This document shows, one piece after another, positions 48,192 through 59,484 of a stretch of DNA of 64,000 nt. Every line of letters starts with the position of its first letter. Position 1 is the first letter of the stretch. Origin of the DNA: Azolla caroliniana (lineage: Eukaryota > Plantae > Polypodiophyta); the NCBI GenBank assembly GCA_043228905.1, contig JBHGNT010000001.1:7874001-7938000 (forward strand), in the 5' to 3' direction. The notes beneath the pieces were generated by a model. The model saw nothing but the letters and a program-made list of their open reading frames with translations, searched no databases and was not told where the DNA came from. A program made the position numbers and the translations under genes.

Positions 48192-48941
48192 TGTCGTGAA
48201 GGATTCCGGCCATAGGGAGAAAAGGGAGATGGATGCATGTGAACGGGGGTGTGCACAAATGCACACGAACAAGCCTTTATGTACAAACATATGTAAATAC
48301 TTGTGTGTTGTTGAATATTAGCTAGAGTGTTTTAATAGGTATTTTAAACCCCACACATATAGAGAGGAATTAGAGATATGATGCGAGAGAATGAAGGACA
48401 GAAAACGGCTATCTTAACAACTTGATGTAACGGTCTCTCCGTCCTAGAGCTATAAAGGGAGGGAGATAAGACTAAGTGGGGATCCATCGTTTTGGAGAAT
48501 GAGGTGCTGCTAGTTTGTGATTTGGAGCTATGTCAATTCCCTGCGTTGTTTTGTATGTTGAGTCTTGTGCCCGGTGAGGCCTCTGCTCGTGTAGGAAGCT
48601 TGTGTGCTCCCGACTAGAGGCTCATCGTTTTCCCGTGTGCGTGTGTGGGGAGCTCGAAGCTCTGTCACCGGCAGAGTTCGGTTGTAATCTCTTTGTTCTC
48701 CGATTAACCATATTGATATTTGTTGTGTTTTCTCTTAGTGTTTGGGGAATACTCATTTTTGTTTTCCTAAACATTTTCTCATGATCATTTGGGTTCCTCA
48801 GCCCGTGCGCTCGTCCTCCAGAATCCGGAGACAGGTCCAGATCGGACTGCTCTTCAGGCCCGAGCGTCTATGAAACCATTCGTTAAACTCTCTCTTCCTC
48901 TCTCTGTCACGACCTCCTTGGTCCAAGACCCCGGTGGTCCT
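48192..48941 (+). repeat. LTR related to the fungal-like gypsy family, 3' end interrupted
   Basis: Starts TGTCGTGAAG; TATAAA; AGACCCCGGTGGTCC motif shared with the family's LTR 3' ends. Confidence 0.65.
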
Positions 48942-51030
48942 TGTTGTCCACCCTAGTGAAAAACGAGGCGAAGATTAAAGGCGGACTAGTGGATAAGTGT
49001 ATTTTGTAATGATGGAAGCGTTAGAAAGCATAAGCACATGTAACGGTTCACGCACTAGGTGTAACTGTCTATGCCCTGCATATATAAAGGGCATAGAAAC
49101 ATTGTAAAGAGCTAGCGTAGTTTTGGGAGTATAATCCGTCTAATATAATCATGTTGTCTTTTCTGAACTCTGTGTCAAGTATTATCTAAACTCTTTGTTG
49201 ATTCAGAAGCATATTTGTTTCTTAGGGTAAGTGGTGTATCTGTGTAAACAACTACATATGGTAAGAAGGCGTTCGGTTGTAGCCATCTCCTATTAACGGC
49301 TTACCCTCGTGGTCACTCAGTGACGCAATACCCATTCCCGCGGGTTAAGGCTAGACGTACTACGCTATCCATTCTCTGTACCACGATCTTCTTGAGTCGT
49401 ACCCCGAAGGACTGAGGGTAGGCCGTGTGCCTAGTCGGTAACACTTTTGGCACGCCTGGTGATCTATGATTCTCACAGCCGAGCATCAGGGAATGGATAT
49501 CTAGCCGCCAATGCAAACGAGAACCAACTCGACAAGATCGTCCGTAGACCCGGTCCTTCACCTGAAAAGTAGAAGAACGCGCTACGTGAAAACCACGCCT
49601 CAAGGATTGCGTTCCATCTCTCTCGGAGTATACGCTAGAATCGACGTTCACCGAAAAGAGCGGCACTGGGCAAGAGGTCCTATCTCCACTAGACTAATAT
49701 AGTGGAAATACTACTTCTCAACCAATTTCGTCTTCCGCAGCCGTCGTGGTTTGTCTCTAGCCGCCTCACCGGCCTCATCCTCAATTTCGTGCACTTTGGC
49801 CTCGGGCCATGTCTTCTCGCCGCCACCTTCCATCTCTCCAGTCTCACGCCAGCTCACGGGCCCGACTACCGAAGTCTCCAGATCCGGTGTGGAGGGACCG
49901 CTCCATCCGCACTTCTCCGCATCATCGATTCCTGTTCTCCCACCACCACCATCCATCTCTCCGGTCTCACGTTGGCTCTCGGGCCCGACTGTCGAAGTCT
50001 CCGGATCAAGTGTTAGGAGACCCATAGGACCGTTCTTCGTTTTACCTCTTCCTTTTGTACTTCTCTCGAACTGAGTCGCCTTGCCGCCACCTTCCATCTC
50101 TCCAGTCTCATGTTGCCACGTTGGCCGAACTTCCGAAGTTTTTGGATAAGGTGTGGAGGGACCACTCTATCCACACTCCTCTGCATTGCCGAATCCTGTT
50201 CTCTCGCCGCCACCTTCCATTTCTCCGGTCTCACATCAGCTCTCAGGTCTGCCTGCAGAAAGTCTCCGAGTTAACTGTGAGGAGACCCATAGGATTGTCC
50301 TTCATTTTGCTTCTTCCTTTTGTCCTTCTCTCAGACCAAGTTGCTTCGCCACCACCCTCCTTCTCTCTGGTCTCACGTTGCCACATTGGTCGAACTGCTA
50401 AAGTCTCCGGAAACGATGTGGAGGAATCTCTCAGTCCAACCTCCGACTTGTTGTCGTCCTTCTCTTGGGCATTCCCGCCTCCACCTTCCATCTCTACGGT
50501 CTCACATCGGCTCTCAGGCCTGACTGCCGAAGTCTTTGGATTCAGTGTGGGGAACGATATCATAACTTCGCCCTCCTTCGACTCGTCCATAGCTGTTGAC
50601 TCCTCGAATCATGGTTTTGTCGATAGTTATCTCTTCTTCAATCGCGCAAGCCCCGCCTCGGCTTGCTTCTCCAATATCCGGAGTTTCAAGCAGCAGTGCC
50701 TGAAACCATTGGTCTCTTTTCGAACCCACGATCGTCATGTCCCCGAATCCGACCTCTTCCTTGGTCGGTCTTTCGCTACACCCTCTGTCGTGGTACCGTG
50801 GTACTGTCCTTCGGCTTCCGCATGGCCCACATCCATCTCATCCGGAAGGCCGACTAGCTCTTGATATTCGGAATCCGACTATGTGCCGGATCTCTCCTCT
50901 TCTTGGACCATCGCCTTCAGAGCCCCGTACGCTTCCCATACCAGGGCCTTGACATCGATCTTCGTCGAACCGTCTCGTCGTGCGTTTGCTTCCTGCTATG
51001 ATGGCGTGGCGTTGCACGTCATCTTCCCCT
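48942..51030 (+). mobile_element. Non-coding LTR element fragment (LTR 48942-49443, Arg PBS, internal tandem repeats)
   Basis: TGTTGTC...GGTAACA; PBS TGGCACGCCTGGTG at 49448-49461; about six ~120-150-bp repeats at 49810-50560; no 3' LTR seen. Confidence 0.7.
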
Positions 51031-54000
51031 TTCATGTGATATGTGTGAAAGTGAGTAGTGGCTCTCGATGTTCAAGAACATTACTAATGAATGTTGCAAT
51101 CGAGAGTGCACATTGTGGTTGTGAGAGAAATTCGTGCAAGGATTGGGCTTGGTCGAAGATGTGTCGAAAGCATGGTCAAATAAGATCAAAGGCAGAGCAT
51201 TGTATCAAAGTGTAATACTCAGACTCTCAAACTTGTTTAGGGCAAAGTGTGCATAGTCAACCACTCTCATCATTTATGCCCCAACACCCCCGTCTCACAT
51301 CGCAATGCATGTGAGCTAAGTCGCATAGAAGCAATGGTTCAAATGACATACAACATGATGGGCACTAACATGTATCAATGTGTATGGTTTCCCCGTTCCA
51401 TGAAGAATATGGTTTTGCAGTTAGGTGCAACATATGTAGTATAATGTGTGAAGCGTGAACCTCCACATTTTTCCCATGTCATGATACATTGGTGTTGCAA
51501 AAAGGCCTCATTTAGAGAGCAATGTAGTGATACATCATGAAGCAAATGCATTTTGGATCCAATCGGAACTCAAAATTTTGCTTTTATGCGTCTTTTGGAT
51601 CTTTTTGCTTGTTTCCCATGCAATTTTAGGAAGTCAATGTGAGGGACTGTTTTGAACCTCAAGGATGTTGTTATAGGTTTTAGGGTTAGGGTAGAGGATG
51701 AGGATGAATGGTAATGGTGCAGTAGTGAAAATGATGGAGAGTATGATGGTGAGAGAGATCATGACGATGTTGACAAGTGATTGAGAAGCATTACGGGGTG
51801 GGGGGTGGTGCCTAGAATGGCTCCACCCCCCTCCCAAGGGGGTTCAACATAAGGGAGGAGAGATAGAGAGAGAGATAGAGAGAGAAATGATCCTTGTCTT
51901 CCTTCATTCGGAATCCCCATAAGGCAGGTTAAATAGTTACAAAAGGATAGATACACAAGGGTGCAAGTCCCCTTGGGCATTCACACCTAATCACTCACTC
52001 ACACTTACATTCACACTCATAATCGTATGACATTACACATACATTACATCTTTCACCCTCACTTACACACTCATCAATCACCCGTACATCTCGTACGGTA
52101 ACACAATATGGCACGCCCGTGGGAGAGTGCCTTGCACGTTGATCCCACATGCCTTGATCATAATCTTTCTTCGACCGGAATTTCCATCGGTCCTCTTAAC
52201 GATCGACTCCCTCGATCGGAGCGCTTGACTCGAACATCTCCGTCAGTCAGCGAATCTTCATCGACACGAACATGCCCGTTCTGTTGGTTCACAAACATTG
52301 ATATCATAGGTCCAAAAACGTTGTGTGTATGTGTATCTTCCTTTTGTTGATTCTGTGAGTTGTGTGTTGATCGCATCCATTTCGTTTAGGTTGATGAGTT
52401 TTCGAAATTTCGTAGGTACTGTTTGATTTTTAAAATATTTAAGTATGTACCCTTACATTTATGAAATTTGTTAGTCTACCCTCATGTTTCCGAAATTCTT
52501 CATGTGCCCCTACGTTTCTTTTTTCCTTCTTGTTGTTGTCTTCTGTTTTTCTTTAGTTGCTTCGAACTGGTGCTTCTCCTTCCTCCTCCTCCTCTTCTTC
52601 TTCTTCTCTCTTTCTCTTCTCTCTTCTTCTTGTTTTATTCTGTTCTTCCATTATTGCTTCTCATTCCTCTTCTTTCTTCTCTGCGATCTCTTCTTGTTCG
52701 CTTTCTTCTGCAAATCTTCCCTTCTTCTCTCTTTCTTCCTCTGTTTTGGCTGTTTTGGTTGTCATCATTGGCCGTCTATCTATATCTGTCGCGTCTTCCA
52801 TCTTTCTCTGTTGTTTGTCGTAACCAACACCATTGTTGCCGATCTCTGTCCGACCCTTCTAGTTGTCTCACCTTCTGATGTTCTGTATGTTTTCTTTTTC
52901 ATCTCCGGCTCCGGCGCCATCTCTGTCTGTCGTCGTCCATCGCTTCGGCCACTCCAACCACTCTCCAGTCGGCGCTTTTCCGGGCTCTCGTCAATCTCTA
53001 TCGGTATCGCCGTTCTGGCCATCGATCCGGCCGTTCCGGTCGTCGTCCGATCCGTTCTGGCCGGTTTTTCGGTAGTTTGTTCAGCTGTTGTCCGGCTGCT
53101 CCCATCTCTGGCCATTTTGGTCGTCTTCCGCTCCATCGCCCGCTCCATCACCGATGCTTTTCTCGAGCTTTCCACTGTTCGGCCTCTGTCCAGCCGACTC
53201 CATCTTCGGCCAGTGTCTCTCCCGTCTTCTTTCGGCGTCATCATTGTTCCGGCCGTTGGTTGTCGAGCCCCCGCTGCTATCCGGCCGTTCTGGATGCTGT
53301 CCGACCACTCCAGCCACTTCTTGGCCGTTGGTATGTGGCCACCGGCGTCCGATCGTCGTCCCGGCTCCGTCACCGTTCCGACCTCTTGGCCCGTCCGGCC
53401 GTGTCTTTTCTGTCTGTCATGTTTTTCCAGCCATCTCTGTCCGCTTTTTGACCGGTCTCCGACCGCCCGTTGTTCTTGGCTGCTGTCTATCTGTCGATCT
53501 GGCTATCCCTCTCTGACTATATCTTTCCAGTCCTTCATTCATTCTTCCATCCATCTGTTCGGCATCAAGTCGTTCTTCAACGGTCTTTGTCGCGTCGCAT
53601 ATCTGTCGCTGTCCACCTTGTCCGACTGTCTTCATTCATCCCGGCCGTCGTCCCCGGTCATCTCCGTTGTTCGGCACGAACGGCCATGTCTTTCCGGCTG
53701 TCCGGTTGTCGTCCCACTCGTCTTCAGTCCGGCCATCGTTGTTGTCTATCTCTGTCATTCCGGTTGTCGCAATGATTGTTTCTTTTTTTTTTTCGTTATC
53801 ATGGCCATTTCCAACACATTGTGGTCGCCATTTCTTGCACATTACTGATTCGATTTCCTACTCATCATAAATTCGATTTCTCACACATCATCGTCACCAT
53901 TATCGCACATTTCATCGTTGCTATCTCTGCCACGTATTAGTCTTCGACTACGTCTCCAACGGGGGGTCGCCTTAGTGGTCGCCAAAAAGTATTATAGGTT

Positions 54001-54559
54001 TTAGGGTTAGGGTAGAGGATGAGGATGAATGGTAATGGTGTAGTAGTGAAAATGATGGAGGGTATGATGGTGAGAGAGATCATGACGATGTTGAGAAGTG
54101 ATTGAGAAGCATTACGGGGTGGGGGGTGGTTCCTAGAATGGCTCCACCCCCCTCCCAAGGGGGTTCAACATAAGGGAGGAGAGATAGAGAGAGAGATAGA
54201 GAGAGAAATGATCCTTGTCTTCCTTCATTCGGAATCCCCATAAGGCAGGTTAAATAGTTACAAAAGGGTAGATACACAAGGGTGCAAGTCCCCTTGGGCA
54301 TTCACACCTAATCAGTCACTCACACCTCTTTGTATTCACCACACTCACACTTACATTCACACTCATAATCGTATGACATTACACATACATTACATCTTTC
54401 ACCCTCACTTATCACACTCATCAATCACCCGTACATCTTGTACAGTAACACATGTATTTAACAACCCTTTCCATGGCCATGATCTCAATGGGAAGTGATC
54501 CCGTCTTAAGGAGGAGGAGGTTGTATGGCGTTTGTTTCTTAATTTGTAGAAACTTTGTA
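51031..54559 (-). mobile_element. LINE 3' fragment split by the 51669-54450 LTR element
   Basis: 51031-51668 and 54451-54559 are colinear with ORF2 3' end; GA-rich sequence at the 5' junction. Confidence 0.85.
51669..54450 (-). mobile_element. Non-autonomous LTR retroelement (TRIM/LARD-like) with two inward-facing tRNA-Arg PBSs
   Basis: Near-identical LTRs at 51669-52103 and 53990-54450; TSD GATGT/CATGT; no protein domains; PBS-like motifs at 52109-52124 (+) and 53975-53984 (-). Confidence 0.9.
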
Positions 54560-54691
54560 GAGAGAGAAAAGAGAGACGCTCAAATGGATGTAGATTAGTT
54601 GGTAAGGTTGCCCCATGGAGACTAGGAATTGGGCTCAACCCCAACATTTCACATTGGCGTTTAGTGAATTTTTGGATATGTATGAAATATA

Positions 54692-54813
54692 TAATAGAGA
54701 GGTGAGGAAATTAGGTTTCAAACCCAAGACACAATGCTTGTAGGGTAAGCTAATAGAGAGGTGAGGAAATTAGGTTTCAAACCCAAAACGCAATGCGTGT
54801 AGGGTAAGCTAAT
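54692..54813. repeat. 59-bp tandem duplication
   Basis: TAATAGAGAGGTGAGG...GGGTAAGC occurs twice. Confidence 0.9.
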
Positions 54814-55496
54814 TACAATAAAAAAATAAGACAGTGATTGATTTTATTATTGTGTTCAAAGGTCCTATATGGCTTATTGGACGAGAATTTAGTGAATGAT
54901 ATGATGTTCAATATTTTAACTAATAAACTTTGTTAAAGAAAGAAAGAGATCATCCTTGCAACATTTCTTTGTAACCCTTATAGAACGCAAGACTCTTTCA
55001 CTTCATTTTTATTTTAATAAAAAGTTAACGGTGATCTTATTAAGGCTACTTCTATTTGTCTATTACTCATGGTTTTCTTTAAAATTGTATTGAAGCCATG
55101 ACACCATCAAGATGGTATTGGAAGAGCCTTTGGTGAATGTATGTGTGCTTGTGGTAGTAAAGAAAAACAAGGCCATTATATTATTTACTCATAAATTGAT
55201 GAAACTTTGATGTAGGGAACATACATACATGGCTTCAATAAAAGTTTGAAAATTAGTGCATGTGTGTCTACTCAAGGAGCACCATGATGTGCTTATAGCA
55301 ATCAATAACAAAACCATTTAACCTCTGAAAAAGATGGTAGGAAGAATATTCATATAGCACAAATATCTATTGATAAGAACGTTGAAAGTAAGATTAAAGA
55401 CTTGCCTATCTCATCTTTGCAAAACGAGACTAGTACTCACGACTTCTTTTATAGAAAGGCAAACGAGATAGAGGATGGGTTTTCTCAAGGAGAGAA

Positions 55497-56016
55497 TGTT
55501 GTCTGTGGGCCAAAATAGTAACATATGTGAATCGCAATAGGTATTAGGTAGCAATAGGTAAACAACTGAAAGCAATCAGAAGCAGCCAAAATAAACACAG
55601 TCGTAAGCGTGGAAGGAGAAGGAGCGCGCCAAGGAACATCTATATAAGGAGCAGCAAATCAAAGGAAGAAGGAGAGACATATAGGAGAGATATAGGAGAG
55701 AAGTCTGAGGTTATTACGTAATTAATCATACTACGGTGTATCTGATACATTCTAACAAATAACCATGTAACTATAATCATTTCTCATTCTGTAATGTAAA
55801 CAGTGTTGGGTCTATGTTGTGTCATTGTTCGCTTTTAATAATTGTTAAGTAATCTATCTCTCCCTATCGTGTATACATAAGCCGAGGCTTTCTCTTACGT
55901 AATCTGTAGGGTGTCATCCCCTTTTGTAAAAGCAATTTCGACCACCACGTACCATAGTCCTTTGGTCCGATTCCGGTTAGGAATCGAAGGTGTAGCCTCC
56001 AAAGAGGAAGGTAACA
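55497..56016 (+). mobile_element. Solo LTR (520 bp)
   Basis: TGTTG...GTAACA; 5-bp TSD GAGAA; CTATATAAG box. Confidence 0.88.
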
Positions 56017-56856
56017 GAGAAATCACAAGTGCAAGGGTGAAATTAGGACTCATGATAAGAGACTCTTGAACAGAAAGAGGAAATTGGTCATTAGGTTATT
56101 AGCCCAATAGATGTCTCCAAAGACGCCTATATGGACAAGGTGTGTGGTCATCTAAGATGTAAATGTTGTAGTCCAATGAGGAGTATATGGTATATATATT
56201 ATATAAACGAAGATGGGTGAATGAAATGTATGTATTAATAGATATAAAAATATATTTCCTGGCAATGTTATGTAATTGGATGTGTGCTTCTATGGGGAAA
56301 CATATACTTTGCTACGTTGGAAACAAAGCTCTCATGCATACTAATGTAATAACACCTTCGGGGAATTTACATTTGTTGTATATCTGAGTTTTCAAATCAT
56401 CAATCCATAATGTCAACATTGTTTTATGAAGATGGTTCAAAATCTCAACAATGGAGGATAGTTAGTCCTTTGTTTAAGATTAAAACTTAACACTTAGGAG
56501 AATCAATAAATAACTCATTATCATAATGTGTGTGGCACGATGAAATGTAGACACCGAGTTTCTTCCTCGGAGCTTTACAAGATAAGCCAACTCTTAAATA
56601 ACCAATATGCAAGACATTCGATCTTATTATTAACCATTTCCATACACTTTAGTATTGTTTATATATGAAGGAACAAACGTAACACTCATGGAAAGGGATA
56701 AAGGAGCAGAGAGACATGTGGAATAATGTGAAAACGCCAAATACACCTTTATAAACCTTTTAAGCTTCTTATTGACATTTACTAAAGTTGAGACCTAAAG
56801 CTCTTATTGTTCTAAGTTTAATTATTTGATTGGTATGAACCTTTAATAAATCTAGA

Positions 56857-57100
56857 AGTGGGATTACTTCGAACCTAGCGGAGATATTATTTTCTTGCTT
56901 ACATGATTGCCTCTAGAAGACCTTTTAAAAATGACTCAAAACCATATTTCATTCAATGTGATGATATGCAACCTAGTGGGCATCGCTTACTTCAAAACCC
57001 TAGAAGAGGTTATTCTCTTGGTGGCATGATTGCTACTAGAAGACCTTTCAAACACGATTCAAAACCATACCCCATGCAACGTGATGATATGCAACCTATC
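56857..57100. repeat. ~123-bp degenerate tandem duplication
   Basis: CATGATTGC.CTAGAAGACC...GTGATGATATGCAACCTA occurs twice. Confidence 0.8.
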
Positions 57101-57399
57101 TTTGATTGGACTAGTACTCTTAAAGCATGCCAAATTGATTGCAGAAATGTCAAATTTCTAACTTTATAGTCCATTGACATCCGAGAATCTAAACTATTTA
57201 TTGATTCCTTAAAAGCCCAAATATAACAGATTTTCATAAAACCACATGAGAATAGCTTGTTGTATGGAAAGTAAAGACCCCACATAACATTGTAGAAAGA
57301 TGATGTAATATGTTACGAAAAAAATACTAGTAAGGTAAAGGCCACATAATATTATTGAAGGATGATTTTTCTACACATATGTCATAGCATACTCATTGA

Positions 57400-59400
57400 T
57401 CAACATTATGTATTGTCAATGATTCATTTCTTCATTCCTTTTCAAGCATCAATGCATTCAATTCACAAAACATCTTCCTTAAAAGTCTCATTTGTTGCAT
57501 TGCTCCCCATAATGATTAATAAAGCTAATTTTTTTATGACAATTTATTTTGATCTTATTCATATTAATAAACCTCTTTAACATGCAATTGATGATAATGG
57601 CGAAGTAAACACTATTCGTCAAAATTTTATTGCCTTCATTCATCTTGAATTCAAAATCTTTCTACTCTTGCACATTTATACTTTTAAAATGATTCATCAT
57701 TCTCATAAAAAATAGTGTCTTCCCCCTTACATTCTTCTTGATTAATTAATGCACAAAGTGATTGCATGACAGTTCTAACCATTCTTTTCGTAAAATTTCC
57801 TAATGATTACCATTGTAGATTGGACAAAAGTAATTTGCAACAAATGATCACATGGTGTAGCTTTCATATGTTTTAGCCTTGACATAAATCAATCACGTGA
57901 GCATTTTCCATATCATACGTTTCATTGTACATTGGACCCATATGTAGGTGATGCTTGTGTGAATGACATCAATATTAATAAAAGTAATCAATCTATCTTC
58001 ATCAACTACCTTTCTAATGAAATATTTAGTGTAAAATACATTAATAGAAATCTATTACAATAGAATGACAAATTGAGATGCTATCCAATGCTAAAATATT
58101 TGGACGTGCTTCATGAAATTTATTACTCAACATATTAAGCTCATCAAGCACATAAGCAAAAAAAACAAATCAAAAGTTGAACCATATAATCAATCAATAT
58201 TGATTGTGAACTATTTTATATATGTCAGCTATTGAAAATAATTTTCAATTTTCAATTTATAATAAAGATTTCATTTAGCTATGCACTAGTTGTCAAAGAT
58301 AGAAGCCAAGAACAATATTGCATTTGAAAAGGAATTTATGAAATTATTCCAACTCAATTTATTATAATCTTTATGAAAACTCCTAGACCTTGATCAAGGA
58401 CCAACAATTAGACAAATATGATTATGAACATCTTTGGCAAATTCATCCTCGCCAATCTTATTACGAATGAAATCAATAAGAGTTGAATCTACACGTGCTT
58501 CTAAGACCTTACTTTCATTACATATAGACATAAGACAATCAAGATCCAAGAGGATTGGCATTTTATGTTGGAAAGAAGGCTCTCCTTAATCGGTGCCATA
58601 TAGGAGCTTCGAGCTAGAGCATCAACATTTTCATGTTGCATCATCATGCAATACATGACCATGAAATCTAAGTGCATCAAGGACAACTTCTAACGAGCTT
58701 GTCATTTACTCAAGACTCAAGTTGCAATAATGTGTTACGGAAAACCTTCCAAGAGGTGGCAACAATGCTTGAAAGAATCTAGGATGACCAAGGGTTCTTT
58801 CTTATGAAATTCGTAATTAATTTCGACAACTTTAAATTTTTGAATGGAAAACAATGTGGATGCTTAGTGTGAGCATGGAGCAACTTCGGACAAATGTAAA
58901 CACAAGCAATAATATTTAAATGCTCCCAGACTTCTAAAATCTATGGAAATAATTGGTTTACATATGTCAGATGTGTTAGAGGCAACACCATTTTTTAGTA
59001 CTTTTTCATGAATTTGCATCGAAAATTCACAAACCCTAAGAAGCATTTAAATCCCGCATAGATCATGGTGTTTGTCAATCTCAAACTTTGCATTATAGTT
59101 GGACTCACAAAGACAACTTTTGGTGAAACAAGATAACCAAGGATTTGCATTTCATTTCATTTTCACATGTTTGGCATAAAGACCATATTCACACACAATC
59201 ACCATAGAACTTGTGTGAAGATAGAAATCATGCTCCTTTTGAGTATTTTCTTGGCCAATGGACTTTGAAATTGGATTATGGGAATTTATATATAGATCCT
59301 CAAAATATGCAAGTACTTCGATATGCTAAGTTCAATAATCATACGTGTGCCTAAACCCTGAAAGAACACCTATGCATGCATTGATGGTTGATGTGAAGTA
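57400..59400 (-). pseudogene. Highly degenerate hAT transposase relic (bounds approximate)
   Basis: Minus-strand remnants PLSSIAC*RG..MNKIK (CERxFS-like dimerisation motif) and VLDELNMLSNKF. Confidence 0.4.
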
Positions 59401-59484
59401 TTTTCCATATGTAGCATGACCTATGAATTCCTTAGCATGAGTACTAAAGACCAAAAATGAGACCAAGAGAAAGGAGAACACAAC

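Noticed and set aside
51678-51693. TTTAGGGTTAGGG telomere-like sequence
   Set aside because: Only two units, forming part of the LTR terminus.
52484-53848. 454-aa ORF rich in F/L/S/V, looking like a membrane protein
   Set aside because: Product of extreme pyrimidine skew (few stop codons); no recognisable domain.
48942-54450. Hammerhead ribozyme (retrozyme) in the non-coding LTR elements
   Set aside because: No CTGANGA...GAAA core with flanking stems seen in the LTRs by eye; a covariance-model search would be needed to exclude it fully.
56903-57169. GYSLGG lipase/thioesterase-like motif
   Set aside because: Lies in a degenerate 123-bp tandem repeat; the other unit lacks it and there is no surrounding fold evidence.
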